Shown here in pieces: positions 55,508-64,000 of a stretch of 64,000 bases of DNA. The translations under genes and the position numbers were made by a program. Within the stretch, counting starts at the first letter, position 1; each line of letters begins with the position of its first letter. The stretch covers positions 12,799-76,798 of IMG/VR virus record IMGVR_UViG_3300025645_000054. One strand, 5' to 3'. This stretch comes from a virus. Below the pieces are notes generated by a model. It made no database searches, was not told where the DNA came from, and worked only from the letters and a program-made list of their open reading frames with translations.

Positions 55508-56559
55508 CGGGAGAGGTTCCTTCCGGTCTGCGCGTCAACCACCCGGGCCTTGCGGATCTCTCGCATGATCTGTTTGCCGTAGCGCGTGACCAAGATGATC
55601 AGCCCCCCGATCAGCAGGATGGGCCAATACTGAACGAACAGCCTCTGCACTGTATCAAGGGCCCCTTCTGCGGCCCCGATCGACCGGGCGGTCTCCAGCA
55701 CGGCCGTGACGGACAAACCCCCCGCCGTCATAGTCTCGGCCCCGCTCAGCAGACCCTCGGCCTTCTTGGCGTTCTTGATGGTGGATGACCCCCGGGCCTC
55801 CAGATCGGCCTCTGTGACCTCGCGCAGGGGACGGGCCTTCGCTTTGAGCATGGCCGCACGTGAGCCATCCCCCACAACCCCGTCCGGGGTCAGCCCCTGA
55901 TCAGCCTGAAAGGCCATGGTGGCGTCCCGGGTCCGGGCCCCGAAGTGTTTGTCGGTGTGGCCCACGGCGTATCCCAGATCCCGCAGCTGTACCTGCCAGT
56001 CCAACACCAGCTGCCCCCGGCTCCCCATCTTCAGGATCGGAAGGTGAAGAGGGATCGGCTGACCGGTGATCTCTGAGGCGTAGAACTTGACCCGCTCCCG
56101 CAGATAGTCCCCAACTGGGAACGCGCCCCGCAGCTCAGGCTTGAACGGCAGACGGGTCAGATCCCACTTGCCGCGCTGCTTGATCCCCAACCGGGGCTGG
56201 ACCTCGGCGTGGGTGAGGCAGGTGTTCTCGTTGATCGGGATACCATACTGCAGGTGTTTTTCAGCCACCATGGCACAGTGACGCTCGAACTGGTGCTCAT
56301 TAATGGGGGAGGGACCCGAAAAATAGGGGCTCTCAGTGGCTTCTCGCATCCCGCATAGGGCCATGCCCATGGATCCTGTGTTGAGGTTCAGGGTGTGGGC
56401 CGCATAGTCACCATCTGATGTGACCATGTTGTCCTCAATTTCCTCGGTCCCATGGACGTAGGACCCATCATCCTGGGTCAGCACATGGTAGTGTTCCTTG
56501 TCCAAGGCAGAGGCTTTGCCCCCGCCGGCGGTCCAGTGGGTGATTGATCGTTTCATCAT
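55504..56559 (-). CDS. endolysin: N-acetylmuramoyl-L-alanine amidase + peptidoglycan-binding domain + C-terminal TM
   Basis: HWTAG, AAHT..LN, THAEV...KWD; L..GSRG..V...Q..L...G...D..FG..T..A...FQ...GL..DGVVG; WPILLIGGLIILV. Confidence 0.88.
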   Translation of the reverse strand: MMKRSITHWTAGGGKASALDKEHYHVLTQDDGSYVHGTEEIEDNMVTSDGDYAAHTLNLNTGSMGMALCGMREATESPYFSGPSPINEHQFERHCAMVAEKHLQYGIPINENTCLTHAEVQPRLGIKQRGKWDLTRLPFKPELRGAFPVGDYLRERVKFYASEITGQPIPLHLPILKMGSRGQLVLDWQVQLRDLGYAVGHTDKHFGARTRDATMAFQADQGLTPDGVVGDGSRAAMLKAKARPLREVTEADLEARGSSTIKNAKKAEGLLSGAETMTAGGLSVTAVLETARSIGAAEGALDTVQRLFVQYWPILLIGGLIILVTRYGKQIMREIRKARVVDAQTGRNLSR

Positions 56560-57656
56560 AGTGCAACCTTCGTTCTGAATTGTTCACCCTTTTCCTTGTG
56601 GAAGGTGATGCTGAGCATGGACGCCGCTTGGTCATAGCCAGTTGAAGCGGCGTAGTGATCCCGGGGGCAGACAGGTTCCATGCGTTCCCAGTAGATCCCC
56701 GGGTACCGCTTGGCCTCTCGGCTGTGGAAGTGTCCTGTGAAGAGGTATCGGTGTTTCGACTGGCCCCAGAGCTCGGCGTATTCCGCGGCAAAGAACATGA
56801 CCAGATCGTTCTCTTTGCGCTTGTGCCCGTGGTGGACCGTGATCAGGTTCTTGCCAAATACGAAGACCGAAAACTCGATCTGGCTCAGGTTGATGTTGAC
56901 CCACTCATGGTTGAGGAACCGGTAATAGAGCGCCACAGAGATCGTGACCCAGTTCTTAGGATCATGGTTACCCGGGACGCTGATGTATTCCACCCGCTGG
57001 TGCTTCGTGAGCAGCATCTCAATGGCCTGAGCGATCACCTCGACACTGGCATGCACCGTGGAGAAGTTGCGCGAGGCCACATCCAACACGTGCTTACTGG
57101 CCGGGGTCGCATTCTCATCGTCATCCGCGTGTGTGAAGTCGCCACCATTCACAAACAGAGCCAGCTCAGAAGCGGGCGTCGTGGCCAGCAACTGGGAGAA
57201 GCCGTCCAGCAGGCGGGTCTGGGCGCTCTCCAGATCGATGTCCTCACCACTGGCCCCGGCATAGGCCCTGAGGCCAAGGTGGACATCGAACAGGGGATAA
57301 ACACTCATCAGGTCTTTCAGGACGACCCGGGGCTTTGTGATCAGGGGGGCTTTGGGGATCTCCAGAAAGGCCTCGTGGACCTGATCGATGAAGCTGGTCT
57401 CTTCTTCTTGCTTGGGCTTGAGCTGGATGGAGTAGGTGGTGCCCTCCCCTTTGGTCTTCACCCAGATAAGATTGGGGGTCATGCCGGTGTGCGCGGCCTC
57501 CATGGCCTCGACCACAGCAGGGTCTTTCTTGAGGATGCCTTGTAGACGATTCCGAACTGCTCTGCGGGATATCCCTAGGCTCTTGGCGATCTCATTTTGG
57601 CTGAGACCTTGGTTCTTGAGATCCAAGGCCTCTTGCTGATGTCCAGTCAAGCTCAT
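56556..57656 (-). CDS. HTH + calcineurin-like metallophosphoesterase
   Basis: GLSQNEIAKSLGISRRAVRNRL; DVHLG, GGDFTH, GNHD, HHGH, GHFH. Confidence 0.8.
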   Translation of the reverse strand: MSLTGHQQEALDLKNQGLSQNEIAKSLGISRRAVRNRLQGILKKDPAVVEAMEAAHTGMTPNLIWVKTKGEGTTYSIQLKPKQEEETSFIDQVHEAFLEIPKAPLITKPRVVLKDLMSVYPLFDVHLGLRAYAGASGEDIDLESAQTRLLDGFSQLLATTPASELALFVNGGDFTHADDDENATPASKHVLDVASRNFSTVHASVEVIAQAIEMLLTKHQRVEYISVPGNHDPKNWVTISVALYYRFLNHEWVNINLSQIEFSVFVFGKNLITVHHGHKRKENDLVMFFAAEYAELWGQSKHRYLFTGHFHSREAKRYPGIYWERMEPVCPRDHYAASTGYDQAASMLSITFHKEKGEQFRTKVAL

Positions 57657-57720
57657 GGGTTGTCCTCTAGTAACTCACCCTTTTCTACTTGAAGGGGACA
57701 AGTCTACCTAGAGATTTTAC

Positions 57721-58002
57721 TTAGAGATTGCGGGTGCGGTCTTCGATCTTGTTGATCTGCACTTTGATGTGATCGATGTCATGCCGAAGTTCTGTGAGGT
57801 GCATGCCGTCAAATCCGGCCCACGCGCAGGTTAGGGGGGCCATCAGTGCGGGGGTACCCTCTTTCGAAGGGGAGGTACCCTTTCGGTTCATGTAAACCGC
57901 AAAGCCAATGAGCCCGGTGGCCAGTAGAAGAATCAGCGAAGTCAAACCGAGGTCCTTAAAAACTTCTCCTGTCGCCCGGATGGCATCAGGCAACCATTCC
58001 AT
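57721..58002 (-). CDS. single-TM membrane protein (holin/antiholin candidate)
   Basis: LGLTSLILLLATGLIGFAVYM helix, coiled C-terminus. Confidence 0.55.
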   Translation of the reverse strand: MEWLPDAIRATGEVFKDLGLTSLILLLATGLIGFAVYMNRKGTSPSKEGTPALMAPLTCAWAGFDGMHLTELRHDIDHIKVQINKIEDRTRNL

Positions 58003-58453
58003 AGAATCTCTCCCAGATAAGCTCCAATGAGTGGGCCAGTCGTCTGAGATTAGCCATGAAGATCGAAAAATAAATCACGGATAGCGATCCGTAGGTGTAA
58101 ACGGCGGTGCTGCTGGGCTGGATCTGGAACACACTCGCGGAGAGGTTGACCAAGAATATCACTGCGAGGATGCAGGAGGTTCCTCGAACGATCGGGGTCC
58201 AGTACATCCCCCGGCCGTTGATACAAATCGCCACAGCGTACAGAAGGCCTGCGATCATCCCAGTGATTCCGATCACCCGCCAAGGTGGACCAATGTCCAT
58301 GAGTAGGATCCAGTTTCGAAAGAAGTCAAAGGCCGCGGCGCTGACGGCTTCACCGGGACCCCATGAGAGAATCCAAAACCCCCACCCGAAGATAAAGGCG
58401 GCGGCGAAATATTCAATCGTCGACAGGTCTACTGTCCGAGGTTGGTAACTCAC
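57986..58453 (-). CDS. four-TM membrane protein (holin candidate)
   Basis: Four hydrophobic segments; upstream of the endolysin. Confidence 0.6.
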   Translation of the reverse strand: MSYQPRTVDLSTIEYFAAAFIFGWGFWILSWGPGEAVSAAAFDFFRNWILLMDIGPPWRVIGITGMIAGLLYAVAICINGRGMYWTPIVRGTSCILAVIFLVNLSASVFQIQPSSTAVYTYGSLSVIYFSIFMANLRRLAHSLELIWERFYGMVA

Positions 58454-58917
58454 AACCGGATCTCCCGTGCGCCTTCAGAAATGAGACTCCGGTAAAGTTT
58501 TCCGGGGGTCTGTCGATGTGGTTTTTTCATATCTCTTCCATGGGCCATATGTTCGGAACAAAACCATTTCCCCTGGCGTTGCCAGTTAACTGGGGTGACA
58601 CTCATTACAGCTCCAAGAGTATCATAGGGGAGGCCAATTTCTGAGTAGAGTTTATAGTAGATTTTCCCGAGGTCCCCTTTGATCTGCAGGAAGCGCCAGT
58701 GGTCTGGTTTCCATGTGATTTCCTTGATCCTCACGCAGTTCCCATCCCGTTTGGAAGCACTGAGGCACCGGTTGGTGGACCTGAGAACGCCCTCAGTCAG
58801 AAACTCAACATGGCTCTCCTGCTGCCACGACCTCGCGGCCGCGGACTGGGCCAGACGGATCACTTGATCCCTCCAGTTCCCAGTTGCTGTGTAAAAGGCA
58901 AAGATGGGCACGGGCAT
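58450..58917 (-). CDS. permuted papain-like (YiiX/YaeF-type) amidase
   Basis: SHVE...GLPYD..G...KWFCSE...TPG.L (His before Cys, the permuted order). Confidence 0.75.
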   Translation of the reverse strand: MPVPIFAFYTATGNWRDQVIRLAQSAAARSWQQESHVEFLTEGVLRSTNRCLSASKRDGNCVRIKEITWKPDHWRFLQIKGDLGKIYYKLYSEIGLPYDTLGAVMSVTPVNWQRQGKWFCSEHMAHGRDMKKPHRQTPGKLYRSLISEGAREIRL

Positions 58918-58920
58918 GGG

Positions 58921-59382
58921 TTATGGCCAGTGCCTATCTGCTGCATAGTCTACGGGGATAGGGTCCATCACAATCAACGCATCTCGTGCAGCCATGATGG
59001 CCCCAGATGCCAGTGCGAATTGCTCTGCAAGGTACAAGACACGGTCCGCCTGCTCATCAAGTGTACGCCCTTTTCCTGCGGCCAATGATGCCAGCAAAGG
59101 TGCCGTGGTCGATCCCGCTTTAATGGCGTCTGCCTCTTTGACTTGAGTTGCCCACGTTTCACGTTCCTGCCGTTCATATCCTGCGGCTAAGGCTTCAAGT
59201 TTTTGGCCCATGAGCTTTTGAACATCCGCAGCCGTGGGTGCCACTTTTTCCATATAATACCCAAGCTGGTTCAACAGTTGCTGGGATGGAATATCCCCAG
59301 CATAACCAATATTCGAATGAGCATCTTTGAATTGAGCAAGTGTATAAATATCACCTTCTGAATTTTTGATTATATATGTCAT
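58921..59382 (-). CDS. tail fibre assembly-type protein
   Basis: Y...ERETW..Q..EA.......P.L..LA..KG; C-terminal DYAADRHWP. Confidence 0.65.
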   Translation of the reverse strand: MTYIIKNSEGDIYTLAQFKDAHSNIGYAGDIPSQQLLNQLGYYMEKVAPTAADVQKLMGQKLEALAAGYERQERETWATQVKEADAIKAGSTTAPLLASLAAGKGRTLDEQADRVLYLAEQFALASGAIMAARDALIVMDPIPVDYAADRHWP

Positions 59383-60671
59383 CAGTACCCCCTAATACCT
59401 TCTAGTTTCGCCGTAAGGATATAGGTCGCACCGCTGTCATGAGTTGCGAACCTATATATATTTGGTCCAATAGATGGAGATAAGTTTGGAGATTTTAGGG
59501 AACCAACACCTGTACCTACTGGAAAAGAAACAGCATGAGAAGAAGCTCCTAGATTGTATTTCCACAGGCCACCACCTCCTGCTGCATACAAGACGTCTCC
59601 GGTGTCGTTGAAGCAAACAAGGTAAGGAGTACTTGTACCAAATTCGGGAAAATGTTCGTAATCTGATATAGTCCCCACTGTAGTAATATCGTAGGGAACA
59701 CTTAGTACGGCCTGATACGTCTTTTTAGTTCCAGAGCTTGAAAAGGTCCAGTATATCCGATTTCCTGTGGGGCTAATCCCGAAGGAATTGGGGTTGTAAC
59801 CAGACAGGCTAAAACTATCGTTACTGTACGTTGCGGTGGATACATCAAAAGCAGTGCTTAAATTATACATGTAAACGATGTCTGTCGTACCGTCACAAAT
59901 GAACATCTTAGTTCCATCTGACGAGATACCCATACCAATAGGGGATGTAATCAAAGGGGTAGTAAGATTATACGCAAGGGAATAGGTGCCAGTACTAACT
60001 TCGTAAGGGGTAGATAGAGTATATCGTAAAATCCTATCACCGGGCTGGTCGATCACATGCAGAACTGTGCCATCTGGACTTAGTGTGGAAGTATTAATAC
60101 TGGTAGATTGCGCCGCAATCGACAAAGACGTGAACGCTAGACGAGTAGTCACGTCATAGGGTCTACGGAGTGTTACTTGATGAACCGTAGAGTCCGTTCC
60201 AGAATAATATAACCTACTACCGTCTGGGCTGAAATGGGGAAACCGGGGCAAACTGCCCGGCCAACTAGTTATTAATGTTCCCGTGTATGATAAGTTCTCG
60301 ATGTCATAGGTAGGATCAGCACCCAAGTTTACGACGACATTTACTTCCTCCACAGGTTTCGTTGAAAGAAAGGATAATGTTGTAACGGGGTCCGTGGTCA
60401 CTATTTGATAGTCGTTTGAAAAATCAACAGTCTGAGCCGCCCCTGTTGTTGTACTCGCTACTAGGTCTACACCTTTGTTTTCCAGTACATATGCAGTAGT
60501 TGCAATCTGTGTGGTACTGGTGCCTGCCGTCGCAGTTGGGGCGGTGGGGACGCCTGTCAGAGCTGGGGAAGCCAGAGGAGCTTTGGCATCAAGCGTAGCC
60601 TGCAAGGTGTTAACGTCCGATATGTCAAAGTTTGCCCTACGACTTTGCAACAGAGTTGAGAGATTAGACAT
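59382..60671 (-). CDS. tail fibre / receptor-binding protein with beta-propeller-like repeats
   Basis: N-terminal KAPLASPALTGVPTAPTA fibre module; repeated (F/I)SPDGT...Y.LSTPYDVST units. Confidence 0.75.
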   Translation of the reverse strand: MSNLSTLLQSRRANFDISDVNTLQATLDAKAPLASPALTGVPTAPTATAGTSTTQIATTAYVLENKGVDLVASTTTGAAQTVDFSNDYQIVTTDPVTTLSFLSTKPVEEVNVVVNLGADPTYDIENLSYTGTLITSWPGSLPRFPHFSPDGSRLYYSGTDSTVHQVTLRRPYDVTTRLAFTSLSIAAQSTSINTSTLSPDGTVLHVIDQPGDRILRYTLSTPYEVSTGTYSLAYNLTTPLITSPIGMGISSDGTKMFICDGTTDIVYMYNLSTAFDVSTATYSNDSFSLSGYNPNSFGISPTGNRIYWTFSSSGTKKTYQAVLSVPYDITTVGTISDYEHFPEFGTSTPYLVCFNDTGDVLYAAGGGGLWKYNLGASSHAVSFPVGTGVGSLKSPNLSPSIGPNIYRFATHDSGATYILTAKLEGIRGY

Positions 60672-61567
60672 TATACGTCTCCTGTATTTGTTGCGGGGAA
60701 GGCTCTACCGTCGCCCCAGATTATGCGAACCGCGCCACCCCCACCGGGTCCCGTCATGGCCGTACCATCATCACTACAACCGCCGCCGCCGCCGCCGTAA
60801 GCGCCACCCGCGCCTGCAATGGAACTAGTTCCGTCTCCACCATCAGTACCACCAGAGCCGCCTGTTCCGCCTGTCCCAATGCTTGAACCATTTCGAATAC
60901 CTCCGACGCCATTGCTTCCTAGTCCAAGAAGGCCCACGCCGCCACCGCCGCCCGCTTCGTCGTTTGAATTTCCGTTACCGCCCGCACCGCCGCCGCCGTT
61001 TGTTGCACTACCGCCTGTCCCTGTGACATCAGAGTCAGTACCGTCGCCACTGCCGTAGCCTCCATATCCAGCGGCACCACCGCCCCCGCCACTTTCACTT
61101 GTTCCACCTAGCCCACCGTCGCCCCCGTAAACAACAACGTCCCCTATACCGCCTGATCCTCCACCAAAACCGAATTTACCGTCGCCTAAAGCTGAACCGG
61201 TGCCGCCGGGGGCAAGCATTAAAGTCGTTCCCCCGCGCAGTAAGGTTGAATTTTCTCCATCTTCGCCGGGAACATCTCTAACCGCAACCGAAGCGCCTCC
61301 AGCCCCGACAAAGACTGACAAGGTCTCTCCCGGTGTTACTGAAATTGCGTTGCTGTAGGATAGACCGCCACCGCCACCACCGCCGCCACCGTCCCCGGCG
61401 TCTTCACCGGCCCCAGAACCGCCACCGCCAACAACAACTGCACATAGAGAGGTCACATTGGGCACCACAAAGCTATATGATCCCGGCGTTGTGTACGCCT
61501 GCTGTCCCGGTTCAGCCAAGGTGGAATAGTTTTGCCCAATTAGGGATGCAAAATTTGAACCAGCCAT
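60671..61567 (-). CDS. glycine-rich tail-associated protein
   Basis: YTTPGSYSFVVP...VVGGGGSG...GGGGGG...V.VGAGG...GGGGAVRIIW. Confidence 0.8.
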   Translation of the reverse strand: MAGSNFASLIGQNYSTLAEPGQQAYTTPGSYSFVVPNVTSLCAVVVGGGGSGAGEDAGDGGGGGGGGGLSYSNAISVTPGETLSVFVGAGGASVAVRDVPGEDGENSTLLRGGTTLMLAPGGTGSALGDGKFGFGGGSGGIGDVVVYGGDGGLGGTSESGGGGGAAGYGGYGSGDGTDSDVTGTGGSATNGGGGAGGNGNSNDEAGGGGGVGLLGLGSNGVGGIRNGSSIGTGGTGGSGGTDGGDGTSSIAGAGGAYGGGGGGCSDDGTAMTGPGGGGAVRIIWGDGRAFPATNTGDV

Positions 61568-64000
61568 TATGTCACGTCCCCTGAAATAAAGCACTGCGTT
61601 CCGCTGGTAAAAAGCACCGTACAGAGGCCGTAGGACGCCAGTGTGAACGACGCCACGTCAGCGCCTCCCATGTAGGCTGTGGTGATGGAACATGTGACGG
61701 TACGATCTGACCCGGAGGCATTTACGAGAGTGAAAATGTCCCCCGCCGCAAAAGTGCTGTTGGGAATGACCGGAGTGGCCGCGCCTGTGATATAGACATA
61801 CTGGCCTACATCAGTTGTCAGCAGGTTTCCGTTGGCTGTGAACGCTCGTGCTTGGGGAAGTTTTGCACTGACGGGAAGACCGTCAACTGTGAAAGAACCA
61901 ACGACCGCATTTGTGATGTACCCACTATCATTCGTGAAAACAGAGACATTGGCACCTGAGGAAACATAGCTGCTGTCGTTCGTGAAAACAGAGACATTGG
62001 CACCTGAGGAAACATAGCTACTATCATTCGTGAGAGCTGAGACATTGGCACCTGAGGAAATATAATTGCTGTCGTTTGTGAGAGCTGAGACATTATCCCC
62101 AGCAATCAGTGCGGGGGAATTATCGTAGCCGCCAGTCTCAGCATAGACCTGCCAAGTTGTGTCTGAGTATACCAGTGTGACCTTAAGACCACCAACATCG
62201 CACACGAGGTCTTCTGCAAGACCTGCGATGGTTGAACCATTTCGTGCGATTGTCAGATTGTTGGTTTCCCAATCCTCTGCACTATCAGAGACACTTACAG
62301 TATCACCAAGAGCAGGGGCGGCGGGGAGGGTGACGGTAAATGCCCCGGCTCCCGTGTCAGCAATCACAAAGTCATTTGCAGCGGCAGTGTAAGCAGTGGT
62401 TTTCACGACTGTGTTCGTAGGCGATCCACCGCCGCCTCCATTAGCAAGAACGAATGCTGTTGTAGCTAGCTGCGTTGTGTTGGTTCCAGCGGTTGCTGTG
62501 GGTGCTGTCGGTGTGCCTGTAAGAGCTGGGGAAGCCAGAGGAGCTTTTGCTGCGAGAGCCGTATCCAAGCCCGTGACCTGAGCCGTGGTGTGCGTATGCG
62601 AGGAGGCGGCTTTGCCATCCAACGCAGTCTGGAGACCATCGACATTGGCGATAACATGGTTGTGGCTATCATCAGCAATGGTTGCCGTGATGGTGACATT
62701 TGCAGAGCCATTGAAAGACGCTGAGCCAGTTACGTCTCCGCCAAGAGAGATGGTTCTGGCTGTGGCGAGTGTCGCTGCTGTCGCTGCTGCACCCCCGTCT
62801 GCTGATGTGATATATCCGCTATTGTTGGTCAGCGTAGAGATGTTGTCCCCAGGCTGCGTTGCACTTGCAGCCAAAGTGCCTTGAGCCGCTGTGGCATAAG
62901 ACGCAGGATTGAAAGCCTTCACGGCTGCGAGGTTGGTGACTTCGCTGTCCATGACTGCGCCAGCGGCGGTGACGTTGGCTGTGTCTGTTACGTCTGCGCC
63001 AGCTTCGATACCGTCAAGTTTGGATTCGTCTGCAACAAGGAAAGACGCCGTAGTGGCATTAAGAACAGCGCTGTACCCTTGGACCGTGGAGCCAATTGCT
63101 GCGGGTTGAAGTGCGGTATCTGCCAAAGCACCCTGAGCCGTAGTAGCCTTACCAGCAAGCGCTGTATCCAGACCTGTGACTTGGGCTGTTGTATGCGTGT
63201 GAGAAGATGCAGCTTTACCATCCAACGCAGTCTGAAGGCCATCTACGTTACCGATGATGTGCGCGTGGCTATCGTCTGCGATGGTCGCAGTGATCGACAC
63301 GTTGCCAGAGCCATCAAAGTTAGTAGAGCCTGTCACGTCGCCTGTCAGGGCAATGTTACGAGCCGTGGTCAGTGTGTCAGCATTGGGATGGTAACCGTCC
63401 GTGAAAACGCGGTTTGTATCTTCATATAATGTATTGTGGCTGGTGTTTTGAGCGGCCGTAAACGTCATAGCGGGATCAGTGGAGTGTGTTGCTCCTGTTC
63501 CGATCTGTACAGCACCGCCACTGCCATTGGTGAAGTACAGTGTGCCTCGATTACCTAGAACGCCGTATCCGCTAACGCGAAGATTGTCTGTTGCCGCCGC
63601 TGGATTGCCAACATCAATCGCTCCAAGAACAAGAGTTCCAGACATGGTATCACCGGTCTTAGAAACTTTAGTCGCAATGCTATTCGTTACAGTCGTGGCA
63701 AAGTTCGGATCATCGCCTAAGGCCGCTGCAAGTTCATTCAGCGTATCAATGGTTCCGGGTGCACCGTCTACGAGATCAGCTACAACCGCCTTCACGAAGG
63801 ACGTGGTGGCGATCTGTGTCGTGTTGGTGGTCGAGACCGCTGTGGGCGCTGTAGGCGTCCCTGTGAGCGCAGGAGATGTCAGAGGAGCCTTGAGAGCCAG
63901 AGCAGCATCAAGCCCATCCACATTGGCTGTGGTGTGGTTGTGACTGTCATCTGCTACCGTGGCTGTGATCGTGATGTTCGCGGAGCCATTGAAGGAAGTG
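61567..64000 (-). CDS. long tail fibre protein (5' end outside the window)
   Basis: Frame open to the window edge; DTLNELAAALGDDPNFATT, repeated TAR.I.L.GDVTGS..F.GS.NV.I, KLDGIEAGA and SPALTGTPTAPTA fibre modules. Confidence 0.9.
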   Translation of the reverse strand, partial: TSFNGSANITITATVADDSHNHTTANVDGLDAALALKAPLTSPALTGTPTAPTAVSTTNTTQIATTSFVKAVVADLVDGAPGTIDTLNELAAALGDDPNFATTVTNSIATKVSKTGDTMSGTLVLGAIDVGNPAAATDNLRVSGYGVLGNRGTLYFTNGSGGAVQIGTGATHSTDPAMTFTAAQNTSHNTLYEDTNRVFTDGYHPNADTLTTARNIALTGDVTGSTNFDGSGNVSITATIADDSHAHIIGNVDGLQTALDGKAASSHTHTTAQVTGLDTALAGKATTAQGALADTALQPAAIGSTVQGYSAVLNATTASFLVADESKLDGIEAGADVTDTANVTAAGAVMDSEVTNLAAVKAFNPASYATAAQGTLAASATQPGDNISTLTNNSGYITSADGGAAATAATLATARTISLGGDVTGSASFNGSANVTITATIADDSHNHVIANVDGLQTALDGKAASSHTHTTAQVTGLDTALAAKAPLASPALTGTPTAPTATAGTNTTQLATTAFVLANGGGGGSPTNTVVKTTAYTAAANDFVIADTGAGAFTVTLPAAPALGDTVSVSDSAEDWETNNLTIARNGSTIAGLAEDLVCDVGGLKVTLVYSDTTWQVYAETGGYDNSPALIAGDNVSALTNDSNYISSGANVSALTNDSSYVSSGANVSVFTNDSSYVSSGANVSVFTNDSGYITNAVVGSFTVDGLPVSAKLPQARAFTANGNLLTTDVGQYVYITGAATPVIPNSTFAAGDIFTLVNASGSDRTVTCSITTAYMGGADVASFTLASYGLCTVLFTSGTQCFISGDVT
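61915..62100 (-). repeat. four 48-bp (16-aa) tandem repeats in the tail fibre
   Basis: (SS)GANVS(A/V)(L/F)TNDS(S/N/G)Y(I/V) x4; DNA unit contains GAGACATTGGCACCTGAGGAAA. Confidence 0.85.

Noticed and set aside
59382-64000. Diversity-generating retroelement or invertible tail-fibre cassette
   Set aside because: No reverse transcriptase or serine invertase; the repeats are direct, in-frame fibre modules without adenine-specific mismatches.

Overview
The window is most of the genome of a temperate, long-tailed (siphovirus-like) dsDNA phage in its free, unintegrated form. Its host is probably an alphaproteobacterium, because it carries MucR/Ros and GapR homologues and a SleB-type hydrolase. It starts inside the tail-tip genes and ends inside a tail-fibre gene, so part of the tail module lies outside the window. 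Layout: (1) 1-17.9 kb, minus strand: GpA-type terminase, portal, protease, decoration protein, major capsid, head-tail joining genes, major tail, frameshifted chaperones, tape measure and tail tip. (2) 18-21.5 kb, plus strand: small genes and a Prim-Pol/D5-SF3 primase-helicase. (3) 21.6-23.87 kb: a compositionally distinct gene followed by a structure-rich, mostly non-coding hub (42-bp palindrome, (CGCGCC)11, AT-rich inverted repeats, duplicated leaders). (4) 23.87-36.3 kb: about 35 small accessory/early genes, punctuated by a repeated 17-bp palindromic operator and a repeated C-tract + GNRA-hairpin ribosome-binding leader. (5) 36.3-38.1 kb: xis, tyrosine integrase, attP (3' part of tRNA-Lys UUU) and an HTH regulator. 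(6) 38.1-54.9 kb: SF2 helicase, PolA, HD hydrolase, GapR, resolvase, exonuclease, adenine MTase, SbcCD, dNMP kinase, ThyX, MazG-like protein and class II RNR. (7) 54.9-64 kb, minus strand: lysis and tail-fibre genes. The most notable unexplained signals are non-coding: four distinct repeated motif families, apparently empty gene-leader cassettes, and the structural hub. All protein calls come from motif recognition by eye; no database search was run.
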